A stretch of 64,000 nt of DNA from the NCBI GenBank assembly GCA_017455685.1, contig JAFSZH010000041.1:98545-162544 (forward strand). The letters are read 5' to 3'. The notes beneath the pieces are model-generated. The model was given only the letters and a program-made list of their open reading frames with translations. It was not told the origin of the DNA and ran no database searches. Position 1 is the first letter of the stretch. Each line of letters opens with the position of its first letter. The translations under genes and the position numbers were made by a program. Shown piece by piece: positions 1 through 10,496 of this stretch. Source of the stretch: Oscillospiraceae bacterium. Lineage in GTDB: Bacteria > Bacillota > Clostridia > Oscillospirales > Oscillospiraceae.

Positions 1-138
1 AAAATCCAGAAGAAGGGCGAGATCACCGAGGACGACCTGAAGGATCTGGAAAAGGATCTGCAGAAGCTGACCGACGACTATATCAAAGCCGTGGACAAGC
101 AGACCGAGGCCAAGGAAAAGGAACTCTTCGAGATCTGA
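1..138 (+). CDS. frr: ribosome recycling factor, C-terminal fragment (5' end outside window)
   Basis: Frame open from the window edge ends ...[26 protein letters not shown], a typical RRF C-terminus. Its stop overlaps the uppS ATG (TGATG). The frr-uppS-cdsA order is conserved. Confidence 0.8.
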   Translation, partial: KIQKKGEITEDDLKDLEKDLQKLTDDYIKAVDKQTEAKEKELFEI

Positions 139-869
139 TGGCCGAACAGGATAAAACAGAACTGGCGGGGGCGGCGCAAAAGCTCCCCCGCCATATTGCC
201 ATCATCATGGACGGCAACGGCCGCTGGGCCCAGCAGCGGGGACTGCCTCGCAGCGCCGGCCATGCCGCCGGAGCGGAGACCTTCCGCCGCATCGCCACCT
301 ACTGCAAGGAGCTGGGCATGGATCACCTGACGGTGTACGCCTTTTCCACCGAGAACTGGAAACGGTCCGCGGAGGAAGTGGGAGCCATCATGGGCCTGCT
401 GAAAAAGTACCTGCTGGAATCCATCGAGAAGATGGAGCGGGACCGGATCCGGCTGAAGATCCTGGGGGATCTCACCCCGCTCTCCCCGGAGCTGCGGGAG
501 CTGATCGCCGCCACCGACGAGATCGCCCGTCGTCTGCCCGGGTGCTTCCAGGCAAACGTCTGTCTGAACTACGGCGGACGGGACGAGATCGTCCGGGGGG
601 CCAACGCCTTCTTCCGGGAGCATCCCGGAGAGGAGCTCACCGAGGAAAAGCTCTCCGCCGTGCTGGATACCGCTTCTATACCGGACCCGGACCTCATAAT
701 CCGCACCGGCGGCGAATATCGTATATCGAACTTTCTCCTGTGGGAGTGCGCCTATTCCGAGCTTCTTTTCACGGACGTGCTCTGGCCTGATTTCTCCGAA
801 AAAGACATAGACAGCGCCGTGTCGGACTTTCAGCACCGAGACAGGCGCTTCGGAGGTGTGAAGAAATGA
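138..869 (+). CDS. uppS: undecaprenyl diphosphate synthase (cis-prenyltransferase)
   Basis: 243 aa with [15 protein letters not shown] and RTGGE..SNFLLWE motifs. Confidence 0.95.
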   Translation: MAEQDKTELAGAAQKLPRHIAIIMDGNGRWAQQRGLPRSAGHAAGAETFRRIATYCKELGMDHLTVYAFSTENWKRSAEEVGAIMGLLKKYLLESIEKMERDRIRLKILGDLTPLSPELRELIAATDEIARRLPGCFQANVCLNYGGRDEIVRGANAFFREHPGEELTEEKLSAVLDTASIPDPDLIIRTGGEYRISNFLLWECAYSELLFTDVLWPDFSEKDIDSAVSDFQHRDRRFGGVKK

Positions 870-1702
870 AAACACGCATCCTCACCTCTGCCGTGGGGAT
901 CCCCATCCTGCTGGGGCTGATGTTCCTTGCGCCCCTTTGGGGCTTCGGCATCGCCATGGGTTTCGTCTGCGCTCTGGCCACCTATGAACTGCTGCACATG
1001 GCGTTGGGAAAAACGCCCAGGCGGATCTATTTCTGCGCCATGATGTGCTCCTTCATCATGCCGCTGATCTGTTCCTTCGAGGGGAACATGGCGTGGTGCG
1101 TGGGCATCATTCTGCTGTTGTTTTTCGTCCTGTCCATCGAGCAGATGATCTCCTATACCGGCGAGTGGCGCATCACGCTGGGCATGATCGCCGTCGCCAT
1201 GCTGGCCGGCGGGCTGATCCCGCTGATGCTCTCCACGCTGCTGCGCATCGGGCAGATCCCCGAGGTGGGCCGGGTGCGGATGATACTTCCCTTCGTCATC
1301 GCCTTCTCCAGCGACGCGGGGGCCTATTTCACCGGCATAAAGCTGGGAAAACGCAAACTGGCGCCCCACATCTCTCCCAAGAAGACCGTGGAGGGCAGCA
1401 TCGGCGGGCTCGTCAGCGGAGTGGTGTTTTCGCTCGTATACGGACTGATCCTTCGAGCTTCGGGCTTTGGGGTCAATCTGCTGTCGCTGGTGTGCTTCGG
1501 ACTGTTCGGCAGCTTCGTGGCCCAGCTGGGCGACCTGACGTTTTCCGCCTTCAAGCGGCAGTACGATACCAAGGATTACGGCAACATTTTGCCGGGGCAC
1601 GGCGGGATCCTTGACCGGTTCGACAGTATGATCTATCTGGCCCCGCTGACGGAAGTGTGGCTCTTCGCCATGCCTGCTATTTACACTCTGGGCGGGAAGT
1701 GA
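866..1702 (+). CDS. cdsA: phosphatidate cytidylyltransferase
   Basis: 278 aa, multi-TM, with [17 protein letters not shown] and [11 protein letters not shown] signatures. ATGA overlap with the uppS stop. Confidence 0.93.
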   Translation: MKTRILTSAVGIPILLGLMFLAPLWGFGIAMGFVCALATYELLHMALGKTPRRIYFCAMMCSFIMPLICSFEGNMAWCVGIILLLFFVLSIEQMISYTGEWRITLGMIAVAMLAGGLIPLMLSTLLRIGQIPEVGRVRMILPFVIAFSSDAGAYFTGIKLGKRKLAPHISPKKTVEGSIGGLVSGVVFSLVYGLILRASGFGVNLLSLVCFGLFGSFVAQLGDLTFSAFKRQYDTKDYGNILPGHGGILDRFDSMIYLAPLTEVWLFAMPAIYTLGGK

Positions 1703-1785
1703 TCCCCTGCGGGATCCACCGTAAGGATAAACCGGTCTCCCGGCTTTATGAACGGGGACCGGTTTTCAAAGGAGACAAGAAAACC

Positions 1786-2931
1786 ATGGTCAAGGGAATA
1801 GCCATTCTCGGGTCTACGGGCTCCATCGGACGGCAGACCGCGCAGGCGGCCCGCCGTCTTGAAATTCCGGTGCTGTCTCTGGCGGCCCGCCGGGACGTAG
1901 ATCTGCTGGAGCGGCAGGCGCGGGAATTCCACCCCCGCTACATCGCCGTTTACGACTCCGAAGCCGCCGCAGAGCTTCGCCGCCGCCTTGCCGATACCTC
2001 CGTGGAGGTGGGCGAGGGGGAGGAGGGCCTCTGTGCCGCCGCCGTCGTGGACGGGGCGGACTGCGTGGTTACGGGCGTCTCGGGCAGCATCGGGCTCAAG
2101 CCCACTCTGGCGGCCATCCGCCGGAAGCGCAGGATCGCTCTGGCCAACAAGGAGACGCTCGTCTGCGCCGGGGAGATCGTCATGGCCGAGGCGGAACGCT
2201 GCGGCGCGGAGATCCTTCCGGTGGATTCGGAGCATTCCGCCATCTTCCAGAGCCTGGCGGGGCGGGATAAAAGCGAGCTGCACCGTATTCTGCTCACCGG
2301 CTCCGGCGGGCCCTTCCGGGGCTGGACCAGGGAACAGACGAAGGACGTGACTCCGGAACAGGCGGTCCGCCATCCGAACTGGAGCATGGGCGCCAAGATC
2401 AGCGTGGACAGCGCCACCATGATGAACAAGGGCCTGGAATTCATCGAAGCCATGCATCTCTTTTCCGTGACCCCGGACAGGATCAAGGTGCTCATCCACC
2501 CGGAGAGCGCCGTTCATTCCATGGTGGAGCTCGTCGACGGCACGGTGATCGCCCAGCTGGGCGTGCCGGATATGGGCCTGCCCATCCAGTACGCTCTCAC
2601 CTGGCCGGAGCGCCGGGAAAGCGAAACGGCGTTTCTGGACTTCGCGAAGCTGGGGACCATGCATTTTGAGGACCCGGATCCGGAAAAGCTGCCCTGTCTG
2701 CGGCTCGCCATGGAATGCGCAAGACAGGGAGGCACCGCCCCCTGCGTTCTCTCCGCGGCCAACGAGGCGGCGGTAGGGGCGTTTTTGGGACGACGGATCG
2801 GATATAATGATATTTATCGCCTGGTGGCTTCCGCGGTGGAGGGGCTGGAATTCCTGCCGCACCCCGCGCTGGAGGATATCCTGCGGATGGACCGCCTGGC
2901 CAGAGACTATGTGAAAGCTGCGATCGACTGA
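1786..2931 (+). CDS. dxr: 1-deoxy-D-xylulose 5-phosphate reductoisomerase
   Basis: Motifs GSTGSIG, NKETLV, DSEHSA, HPNWSMG. Start set at ATG 1786 (AAGGAGA upstream) instead of the ORF-track 1657 extension, which overlaps cdsA. Confidence 0.93.
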   Translation: MVKGIAILGSTGSIGRQTAQAARRLEIPVLSLAARRDVDLLERQAREFHPRYIAVYDSEAAAELRRRLADTSVEVGEGEEGLCAAAVVDGADCVVTGVSGSIGLKPTLAAIRRKRRIALANKETLVCAGEIVMAEAERCGAEILPVDSEHSAIFQSLAGRDKSELHRILLTGSGGPFRGWTREQTKDVTPEQAVRHPNWSMGAKISVDSATMMNKGLEFIEAMHLFSVTPDRIKVLIHPESAVHSMVELVDGTVIAQLGVPDMGLPIQYALTWPERRESETAFLDFAKLGTMHFEDPDPEKLPCLRLAMECARQGGTAPCVLSAANEAAVGAFLGRRIGYNDIYRLVASAVEGLEFLPHPALEDILRMDRLARDYVKAAID

Positions 2932-3986
2932 TGTATATTCTTCTTGCCATTCTTGCCTTCGGCGTGCTTGTTTTCGTCCATGAGCTGGGCCACTTCCTGG
3001 TGGCGAAGGCCTGCGGCGTCAAGGTCGTCGAGTTTGCCCTGGGCATGGGCCCCCGGATCCTGAAAAAGCAGGGGAAGGAGACGGTCTACTCCCTGCGCAT
3101 GCTGCCCGTAGGCGGCTTCTGCGCCATGGAGGGGGAGGACGAAGCCTCCGAGGACCCCCGCGCCTTTAATAACCAGAGCGTCCTCAAGCGCATTCTGATC
3201 CTCGTAGCAGGATCGTTCATGAACTTCCTGCTGGGTTTTCTGCTGATCCTGGCGATCTATCTGCCCGCCCAGGGCTTTATCACCACGGAGATCGCGGAGT
3301 TTTTTCCCAACTGTCCTTATGAGGGCACGCTGCAGGTGGGCGACCGGATCACGAAGATCAACGGTCAAAAAGTCTTTTTCGTGGCAAACTTCAGCGAATA
3401 TGCTCTGGAGGACACGGACGGCTATCTGGATATCGAGCTGATCCGGGACGGACGGAGGATCAAACTCCCGAACACCCGGCTGGTGCCGGTGGAGTACCCC
3501 ACCGAGGACGGCGGCACGGAGCTGAAATTCGGCCTGTATTTCGGTGTGGAGGAGGCGACGCCTCTGCGGACCGTGAAGGTATCCTTCCTCAGCTGCGTGG
3601 ATTTCGTCCGCATGGTGAAAAAAGGACTGGTGCAGCTCTTCTCCGGTCAGGCGTCCGTGAAGGACATGACCGGCGTTGTCGGCATCGTGGATATCATCAA
3701 CGAGACGGGCACCAGCGCGGAGACCGTTTCCCAGGGACTGGAAAACGTGTTCTATCTTGTGGCGTTTATTGCGGTGAATCTGTCGGTCATGAACATGCTG
3801 CCCATCCCCGCGCTGGACGGCGGCCACGTGGTGACTTTGCTGATCTCCTGGGTCTATGAGAAGATCAGCGGGAAAAAGCCGGATCCCCGGATCGAGGGGT
3901 ATATCCACATGGTGGGACTGTTTCTCCTGCTGGGACTCATGGCGCTGGTGCTGTATAACGACATTGCGAGGATCCTGACGAGATGA
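2931..3986 (+). CDS. rseP: RIP zinc metalloprotease RseP/RasP (M50)
   Basis: HELGH in the N-terminal TM, a PDZ-like middle region, and NMLPIPALDGG near the C-terminus. TGATG coupling to dxr. Confidence 0.9.
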   Translation: MYILLAILAFGVLVFVHELGHFLVAKACGVKVVEFALGMGPRILKKQGKETVYSLRMLPVGGFCAMEGEDEASEDPRAFNNQSVLKRILILVAGSFMNFLLGFLLILAIYLPAQGFITTEIAEFFPNCPYEGTLQVGDRITKINGQKVFFVANFSEYALEDTDGYLDIELIRDGRRIKLPNTRLVPVEYPTEDGGTELKFGLYFGVEEATPLRTVKVSFLSCVDFVRMVKKGLVQLFSGQASVKDMTGVVGIVDIINETGTSAETVSQGLENVFYLVAFIAVNLSVMNMLPIPALDGGHVVTLLISWVYEKISGKKPDPRIEGYIHMVGLFLLLGLMALVLYNDIARILTR

Positions 3987-5032
3987 AACGAAGAGAGAGC
4001 AAGACCATTTACGTCCGGGGCGTCCCCATCGGCGGCGGTCATCCCATTCCGGTCCAGTCCATGACGAATACTCACACCGACGACGTGGATTCCACGCTGG
4101 CGCAGATCCGTCGGCTGGAGGCTGCCGGGTGCGAGATCGTCCGCCTGGCCGTGCCCAATCAGAAGGCCGCCCGCGCCCTTCCGGAGATCCGGAAGGGCAC
4201 GGATATGCCGCTGGTGGCGGATATCCATTTTGACTACACCCTGGCGCTGGCGGCCGTGGAGGCGGGCTTTGACAAGATCCGCATCAACCCCGGCAACATC
4301 GGCTCACCCGAGCGGGTGCGGATCGTGGCCGATGCCTGCCGGGAACGGGGCGTGCCCATCCGTGTGGGCGTCAATTCCGGCTCCGTGGAAAAGGAGCTGC
4401 TGGAAAAATACGGTCTCTGTCCCCAGGCCCTTTGCGAGAGCGCCCTGGGCCACGTGAAGCTGTTGGAGGACTGCGGCTTCGAGGATATCTGCATTTCCGT
4501 CAAGGCTTCCGACCCTGTCATGATGGTGGAGACCAACCATCTGCTGGCGGAGAGCTGCAATTATCCCTTACATATCGGCGTCACCGAGGCGGGCACCCGG
4601 GAACGGGGGATTTTGAAGTCTGCCGCCGGTATCGGCGCGCTTCTGCTGGACGGCATCGGCGACACCATCCGCGTCTCCCTCACCGACGAGCCGGAAGAAG
4701 AAGCCCGGGTGGGCGTGGAGCTGCTGCGGGCCCTGGGGCTACGGGGCGGCGTCAGATTCGTGTCCTGTCCCACCTGCGGCAGGACGGAGTACGACCTTAT
4801 CGGTACGGCAAAAGCCGTGGAGCAGGCGCTGCGCGACAAGCCCTGGGATATCACCGTGGCGGTGATGGGCTGTATCGTAAACGGCCCCGGGGAGGCGTCC
4901 CACGCCGACTACGGCATCGCCGGCGGGAAGAACGAGGGCATGCTGTTCAAAAAAGGACAGCCCGTGGGCCGCGTGGAGGCGGACCGCCTTGCACAGGCGT
5001 TGATAAAACTGATCGAAAGAGAGAATTCGTAA
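3983..5032 (+). CDS. ispG: 4-hydroxy-3-methylbut-2-en-1-yl diphosphate synthase
   Basis: 349 aa GcpE family: VQSMTNT, RINPGNIG, CPTCGR, GCIVNGPGE. ATGA overlap with rseP. Confidence 0.95.
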   Translation: MKRRESKTIYVRGVPIGGGHPIPVQSMTNTHTDDVDSTLAQIRRLEAAGCEIVRLAVPNQKAARALPEIRKGTDMPLVADIHFDYTLALAAVEAGFDKIRINPGNIGSPERVRIVADACRERGVPIRVGVNSGSVEKELLEKYGLCPQALCESALGHVKLLEDCGFEDICISVKASDPVMMVETNHLLAESCNYPLHIGVTEAGTRERGILKSAAGIGALLLDGIGDTIRVSLTDEPEEEARVGVELLRALGLRGGVRFVSCPTCGRTEYDLIGTAKAVEQALRDKPWDITVAVMGCIVNGPGEASHADYGIAGGKNEGMLFKKGQPVGRVEADRLAQALIKLIERENS

Positions 5033-8000
5033 ATGGCGCAGGAAACCGGTTTTCTGGATATGTTCGGCTGCTGCACGGGATTGAAGGACCTGTGCGGCGG
5101 GCTGGAACGCGCTCTTGTGCGCTCCGTGGTGATCTCCCGGGAGAATCTGACCATGGAGATCAGCGCGTTTTTCACCCGCCAGCCTGCTCTGGAGGAGCAG
5201 GAACGGCTGGAGAAACGCATCTGCGCAGAATTCGGCTTGTCCGGCGTGCGTATTTTCCCTGATTGGCCCCACGAGGTCGCTCCCGCTCCCAAGAAGGCGG
5301 ATAAAAAGAAAGAAAAGCCGGCTCCCGGCTCCGTGCTTATGGGCAAGACGCCCCGGGAAAAACCGGTGGAGATCGTCACGCTCACCCCGGAATCCGGCAC
5401 CGTGGTCATCACTGGCAAGGTGTTCGACGTGGACAGCCGGGAGATCCCCAAGCGGAACGCCGCCGTGCTGGCATTTTCCATCACTGATTATACGGGCAGT
5501 ATCCACGCATCCAAGTACCTCCGCACCCCCGAGGAGATGACGATCCTTCCCAAGATCCATGAGGGCGACTGGCTGACGGTCCGGGGCAGCGTGTCCTTCA
5601 ACCGGTTCGACGCCGACATCTCCATCGAGCCCTCGGCCATCGTGCTGGAGCCTCCCGTAGTCCGGGAGGACAAGGCCGAGGGCGAGAAGCGCGTCGAGCT
5701 CCATCTGCACACCAAGTATTCCGCTCTGGACGCGCTGACCAATCCGGAGGAAGCGGTAAAGACCGCCGCCCGCTGGGGGCACAAGGCCATCGCCGTGACG
5801 GATCACGGCGTGGCCCAGTCCTTCCCGGAGGTATGGCACGCCGGGGACAGATACGGCATCAAGGTCATCTACGGCGTGGAGGGCTATTTCGTCAACGACG
5901 TGGACGACCTGCCCGCTGTCCACGGTGAGACAGATCTGCCGCTGGACTGCGATTTCGTGGGCTTCGACATAGAGACCACGGGCCTGGACGGCTTCCGGGA
6001 GCGGATCACCGAGATCGGCGCGGTGAAGGTGGTGCAGGGCCGCGTCACCGAAAGCTTTCAGACCTTCGTGGACCCGGGCATCCCCATTCCGGCGGAGATC
6101 CAGCAGCTCACCGGCATCACGGATAAGGACGTATTCGGCGCTCCGGGAGAAGGGGAGGCCCTGGCCGCCTTCATGGCGTTCGCCGGAGATCTGCCGCTGG
6201 TGGCCCACAACGCCGCCTTTGATATCGGTTTCCTTACCTCTGCCGCCGAGCGGAACGGACTGGACTTCCATCCCGTGTACGTGGATACGCTGCCCGTGGC
6301 CATGAGCGTGCTCAAGGAGCTCAAGCGCTTCAAGCTGGATATCGTGTCCCGGGCCCTGGGCCTGCCGGACTTCAATCACCACCGGGCCAGCGACGACGCG
6401 GCAGTCTGCGCCCGCATCTTCGTGCTGCTCCGGGAAAAGCTGGCAGAGCAGGGCGCCGAAAAGCTCCGGGATCTGGGTCCCGTCACCATGCGTCTGCGCC
6501 GGGACGAAAACCGGCGGCCGAGGCACATCGTTCTGCTTGTCAGGAACAAAAAGGGCCTGAAAAACCTGTATGAACTGATCTCCAAATCCCATCTTGAGCA
6601 CTTCAAAAAGAATCCCATCATCCCCAAAAGCCTGCTGCTGGAGCACCGGGAAGGGCTGCTGGTGGGTTCTGCCTGCGCAGCGGGCGAGCTGTTCGACGCG
6701 CTGGTCCGCCACAGGAGCATTGCCGAGCTGGAGCGCATCGCTTCCTTCTACGACTATCTGGAGATCATGCCGGTGTGCAACAACAGCTTTCTGCTGCATG
6801 AGGGGAAAGCCCGGGATGAGGAGGAGCTGCGCACCCTCAACCGTCGGGTCCTGGCCCTGGGCCGGAAGCTGGGGAAGCCCGTGTGCGCCACGGGCGACGT
6901 ACACTTCCTGAACCCGGAGGATGAGATCTACCGGCACATCCTGCTGGCTTCCCGCAAGTTCCAGGACGCGGACAAGCCCCTGCCCATCTATTTCAAGACC
7001 ACGGAGGAGATGCTGCGGGAGTTTGAATATCTGGGCGAGGAGGACTGCCGGGACGTGGTCGTCACGGCCCCCAACGCCATCGCCGAGAGCGTTGAGCAGT
7101 TCCCGCTGCTGCCGAAGGATCTGTTCCCACCCTCCATCCCCCATGCGGCGGAGGATCTGGAACGGATGGTGTGGGACCGGACACGCGAGCTCTACGGCGA
7201 AGAACCGCCCTCCATTGTGGCCGACCGGGTGAAAACAGAGCTGGACGCCATCCTGGGCCGTCACTATGAGGTCATTTACATGTCCGCCCAGAAGCTGGTG
7301 CAGAACTCCTTGGAGCACGGCTATCTGGTGGGCAGCCGTGGCAGCGTGGGCTCCTCCATCGTGGCCTATATGGCCGGCATCACCGAGGTCAACTCCCTGC
7401 CGCCCCATTACCGCTGCCCCCGCTGCAAGCACACGGATTTTGAAAACGTCTTCGATGAAAACGGCGATAAATACGGCTGCGGCGCGGACATGCCCGACCG
7501 GGTCTGTCCCGTCTGCGGAGAGAGGTACGTCAAGGACGGCTTCGATATCCCCTTTGAGACCTTCCTGGGCTTCGGCGGCGACAAGGTCCCAGATATCGAC
7601 CTGAACTTTTCCGGCGAATACCAGTCCAGCGCCCATCGCTACACCGAGGAGCTTTTCAGCAAGGACCACGTGTTCAAGGCCGGCACCATCGGCACACTGG
7701 CGGAAAAGACCGCCTACGGCTATGTAAAGAAATATCTGGAGGAACGGGGCATCACCGTCTCCAAGGCCGAGGAAAACCGGCTGGCCAAGGGCTGCGAGGG
7801 CGTGAAGCGCACCACCGGGCAGCACCCCGGCGGGCTGGTCATTGTACCGCAGAACATGGACGTGACGGACTTCTGCCCGGTGCAGCACCCGGCGGACGAC
7901 GCCTCCGGCGGTATCATCACCACCCATTTCGAGTATCACAGCATGGAGGCCAACCTCCTGAAGCTGGACGAGCTGGGCCACGATGATCCCACCATGATCC

Positions 8001-9055
8001 GTATGCTGGAGGACGCCACCGGGCTCAACGCCCGCGCCATCCCTCTGGACGATGAGGAGACCATGCGCATCTTCACCTCTCCGGAGCCCCTCGGCATCCC
8101 GGATGGGGATCCCATCATCGGCCATACGGGTACCATCGGCGTGCCTGAATTCGGCACCGCCTTTACCCGCCAGATGCTGGTGGACACCCAGCCAAAGGAA
8201 TTCGCCACGCTGGTCCGCCTTTCCGGCTTCTCCCACGGCACGGACGTGTGGGCCGGAAACATCCGGGATATCGTCGTGGGGGGCATCGCTCCCACCGACA
8301 AGTGCGTGGGCTGCCGGGACGATATCATGCTCTATCTGATCTCCCTGGGCATGGAGCCCAAGCGCGCCTTCAAGTTCATGGAGGCGGTGCGCAAGGGCGC
8401 TATCCACAAAGGAAAATCCTGGCCCGACGGCATCGTGGAGGAGATGCAGAAGCTGCACGTCCCCGAGTGGTGGATCGAATCCTGCCGGAAGATCCAGTAT
8501 CTATTCCCCAAGGCACACGCCGTGGCCTACGTGATGATGGCGTTCCGTATCGCCTGGTTCAAGGTCCACGAGCCTCTGGCCTATTACAGCGCTTATTTCT
8601 ATCGCCGAAGCCAGAAGGACGCCTTTGACGCCGACTGCATGCTCCAGGGCATCGACAAGTGCCGGGACAGGATCCGCCGCATCCAGAACGACCCGGACGC
8701 CTCCGCCAAGGACCAGGATCTGCTGACCACGCTGGAAGCGGTCTATGAGTTTTATCTCCGGGGCTTCTCGTTCCTGAACATAGACATCTATAAATCCCAC
8801 GCTTACCGTTTCGAGATCGAGGACGGCAAGCTCCGCCCGCCCTTCGTGGCCATTTCCGGCCTGGGAGAAGCGGCGGCGGAGGATCTGATGAACTGCCGGG
8901 AGAACGGCCGCAGCTTCGTATCCGTGGACGATATCGCCGACGCCTGCCCGAAGGTTCAGAGCTCCCACCTGGAGCAGCTGAAAAAGCTGGGCGCCCTGGG
9001 CGATCTACCCGAGAGCCGTCAGGTCAGCATCTTCGAGGGCTTCGGCGACATGTGA
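5033..9055 (+). CDS. polC: DNA polymerase III PolC-type
   Basis: 1340 aa with PHP motif HLHTKYS, exonuclease motifs FDIETTG and HNAAFD, and Zn finger CPRC..CPVCG. Sits after ispG as in other Firmicutes. Confidence 0.95.
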   Translation: MAQETGFLDMFGCCTGLKDLCGGLERALVRSVVISRENLTMEISAFFTRQPALEEQERLEKRICAEFGLSGVRIFPDWPHEVAPAPKKADKKKEKPAPGSVLMGKTPREKPVEIVTLTPESGTVVITGKVFDVDSREIPKRNAAVLAFSITDYTGSIHASKYLRTPEEMTILPKIHEGDWLTVRGSVSFNRFDADISIEPSAIVLEPPVVREDKAEGEKRVELHLHTKYSALDALTNPEEAVKTAARWGHKAIAVTDHGVAQSFPEVWHAGDRYGIKVIYGVEGYFVNDVDDLPAVHGETDLPLDCDFVGFDIETTGLDGFRERITEIGAVKVVQGRVTESFQTFVDPGIPIPAEIQQLTGITDKDVFGAPGEGEALAAFMAFAGDLPLVAHNAAFDIGFLTSAAERNGLDFHPVYVDTLPVAMSVLKELKRFKLDIVSRALGLPDFNHHRASDDAAVCARIFVLLREKLAEQGAEKLRDLGPVTMRLRRDENRRPRHIVLLVRNKKGLKNLYELISKSHLEHFKKNPIIPKSLLLEHREGLLVGSACAAGELFDALVRHRSIAELERIASFYDYLEIMPVCNNSFLLHEGKARDEEELRTLNRRVLALGRKLGKPVCATGDVHFLNPEDEIYRHILLASRKFQDADKPLPIYFKTTEEMLREFEYLGEEDCRDVVVTAPNAIAESVEQFPLLPKDLFPPSIPHAAEDLERMVWDRTRELYGEEPPSIVADRVKTELDAILGRHYEVIYMSAQKLVQNSLEHGYLVGSRGSVGSSIVAYMAGITEVNSLPPHYRCPRCKHTDFENVFDENGDKYGCGADMPDRVCPVCGERYVKDGFDIPFETFLGFGGDKVPDIDLNFSGEYQSSAHRYTEELFSKDHVFKAGTIGTLAEKTAYGYVKKYLEERGITVSKAEENRLAKGCEGVKRTTGQHPGGLVIVPQNMDVTDFCPVQHPADDASGGIITTHFEYHSMEANLLKLDELGHDDPTMIRMLEDATGLNARAIPLDDEETMRIFTSPEPLGIPDGDPIIGHTGTIGVPEFGTAFTRQMLVDTQPKEFATLVRLSGFSHGTDVWAGNIRDIVVGGIAPTDKCVGCRDDIMLYLISLGMEPKRAFKFMEAVRKGAIHKGKSWPDGIVEEMQKLHVPEWWIESCRKIQYLFPKAHAVAYVMMAFRIAWFKVHEPLAYYSAYFYRRSQKDAFDADCMLQGIDKCRDRIRRIQNDPDASAKDQDLLTTLEAVYEFYLRGFSFLNIDIYKSHAYRFEIEDGKLRPPFVAISGLGEAAAEDLMNCRENGRSFVSVDDIADACPKVQSSHLEQLKKLGALGDLPESRQVSIFEGFGDM

Positions 9056-9066
9056 GGAGGAAACCC

Positions 9067-9615
9067 ATGAAACTGTTGATCGCGTCCGATCTTCACGGCT
9101 CGGCATACTATACGGAAGCGCTCCTTCGCCGTGTGGCAGAGGAAAAGCCGGACAGGGTGCTCCTGCTGGGGGACCTGCTGTATCACGGGCCCCGGAACGA
9201 CCTGCCCCGGGAGTATGACACGAAGAAATGCGCCGCGCTGCTCAACGCCCTCGACCCGGCGCCCCTGTGCGTCCGCGGCAACTGCGACGCCGAGGTGGAC
9301 CAGATGGTGCTTTCCTTCCCGGTACTGACGGAGTTCGCCGCGGTGAACGTCGATGGGTTCTTCCTGTTCATGACCCACGGCCACCACCTGGAGGAGGCCA
9401 CCGGGCAGGTGACCGCCGGGAACGCCGTCCTCTACGGGCACACCCATTTGCCGGATTTTACCGAGCGGAACGGCGTGTGGTTCGTGAATCCCGGTTCGGT
9501 ATCTATCCCCAAAGGAGGAAGCGCCCACAGCTATCTCATATATGAAGACGGCGCATTTTTCTGGAAGGACGCGGAGAACGGAGAAATCCTGCGTACGGAG
9601 CGGGTAAAAGCATGA
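9067..9615 (+). CDS. YfcE/MJ0936-type metallophosphoesterase (phosphodiesterase)
   Basis: Motifs DLHGS, GDLLYHGPRN, GNCD, GHTH. GAGGAGG lies before ATG 9067, 12 nt after the polC stop. Confidence 0.8.
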   Translation: MKLLIASDLHGSAYYTEALLRRVAEEKPDRVLLLGDLLYHGPRNDLPREYDTKKCAALLNALDPAPLCVRGNCDAEVDQMVLSFPVLTEFAAVNVDGFFLFMTHGHHLEEATGQVTAGNAVLYGHTHLPDFTERNGVWFVNPGSVSIPKGGSAHSYLIYEDGAFFWKDAENGEILRTERVKA

Positions 9616-10304
9616 GCGGGGAAGTACGCGAGCTTGTCCGGGAACGGCTGATCGCTCTGCGCGATCCGGAATACGGGGAGTTTTCCCGAAAGCTGTTCCC
9701 CGACGCGGACGCCGGGAGGATCCTCGGCGTCCGTTCTCCCGCGCTGCGCCAGCTGGCAAAGCAGCTTCGGAAAGAGGACCTGGCGGAGGCGTTTCTCTCC
9801 GATTTACCGCACCTGTACCTGGAAGAAAACAATCTCCACTCCATTCTTCTTTCCGGGGAGAAAAACCTGCCCCGGCTAATGGAGGGGCTGGATCGGTTCC
9901 TGCCCTGCATCGACAACTGGGCCACCTGCGACACCCTGCGGCCTGTTGCTTTCAGGAAGCACCCGCCGGAGCTCCCGGGGAAGATCCGGCGTTGGCTGGA
10001 CTCCGGCGAGACCTACACCGTGCGCTTCGGTTTGGGTATGCTCATGAGCTTTTACCTGGACGAGGCGTTCTCCCCGGAATATCCGGACTGGGCCTCCGGC
10101 GTGGACAGCGAGGAATACTACGTGAAGATGATGGTCGCCTGGTATTTCGCCACCGCCCTGGCCAAGCAGTATGACGCCGCCGTGCCGTATCTGAAGGAAA
10201 ACAGGCTGGACCCCTGGACCCACAACAAGACCATTCAGAAGGCCGTGGAGAGTTTTCGGGTACCGGAGGAACACAAAGCGTATCTGCGCACCCTGCGCCG
10301 CTGA
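9612..10304 (+). CDS. DNA alkylation repair protein (AlkD-like HEAT-repeat family)
   Basis: 230 aa helical-repeat protein with the NWATCD motif, typical of this family as I recall it. ATGA overlap with the upstream gene. Confidence 0.7.
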   Translation: MSGEVRELVRERLIALRDPEYGEFSRKLFPDADAGRILGVRSPALRQLAKQLRKEDLAEAFLSDLPHLYLEENNLHSILLSGEKNLPRLMEGLDRFLPCIDNWATCDTLRPVAFRKHPPELPGKIRRWLDSGETYTVRFGLGMLMSFYLDEAFSPEYPDWASGVDSEEYYVKMMVAWYFATALAKQYDAAVPYLKENRLDPWTHNKTIQKAVESFRVPEEHKAYLRTLRR

Positions 10305-10323
10305 CCCGGCGGAAAAAAGAGTC

Positions 10324-10351
10324 TTTACAAATTAAAAAAGTATGATATAAT
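10324..10351 (+). promoter_or_regulatory. candidate sigma-A promoter of tRNA-Ala
   Basis: TTTACA (10324-10329), 16-nt spacer, then TGaTATAAT extended -10 (10343-10351), 13 nt before the tRNA. Confidence 0.5.
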
Positions 10352-10364
10352 CTTGAATCGCTGT

Positions 10365-10440
10365 GGGGGCGTAGCTCAGTTGGGAGAGCGTACGGTTCGC
10401 ATCCGTAAGGTCAAGGGTTCGAATCCCTCCGTCTCCACCA
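10365..10440 (+). tRNA. tRNA-Ala (anticodon CGC)
   Basis: 76-nt cloverleaf folded by hand. Acceptor GGGGGCG/CGTCTCC includes the G3:U70 Ala identity pair. Anticodon loop is TTCGCAT, T-loop TTCGAAT, and CCA is encoded. Confidence 0.93.
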
Positions 10441-10445
10441 AAAAG

Positions 10446-10496
10446 TCCTTACTCGAACCCTTGTCTAAAAGCAAGGTGTCGAGCGAGGGCTTTTTA
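10446..10496 (+). terminator. intrinsic terminator after tRNA-Ala
   Basis: Imperfect long hairpin CCTtaCTCGAacCCTTG-loop-CAAGGtgTCGAGcgAGG followed by CTTTTT. Confidence 0.6.

Noticed and set aside
1657-1785. N-terminal extensions offered by the ORF track (dxr 1657, tig 28260, engB 34013, cmk 41715, ytfJ 37414, clpP 29737, lon 31680, nfnA 45718, and others)
   Set aside because: In each case an internal ATG, GTG or TTG with a good Shine-Dalgarno sequence coincides with the conserved family N-terminus. The extension overlaps the upstream gene or a promoter/terminator.
4739-8458. 1239-aa stop-free ORF on the minus strand, antisense to polC
   Set aside because: It lies entirely inside a confidently identified gene. 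Its His/Gly/Asp/Arg/Leu-rich low-complexity translation carries no recognisable motif, and it has no RBS or promoter context. This is the typical shadow frame produced by high third-position GC. Only ribosome profiling or proteomics could overturn this.
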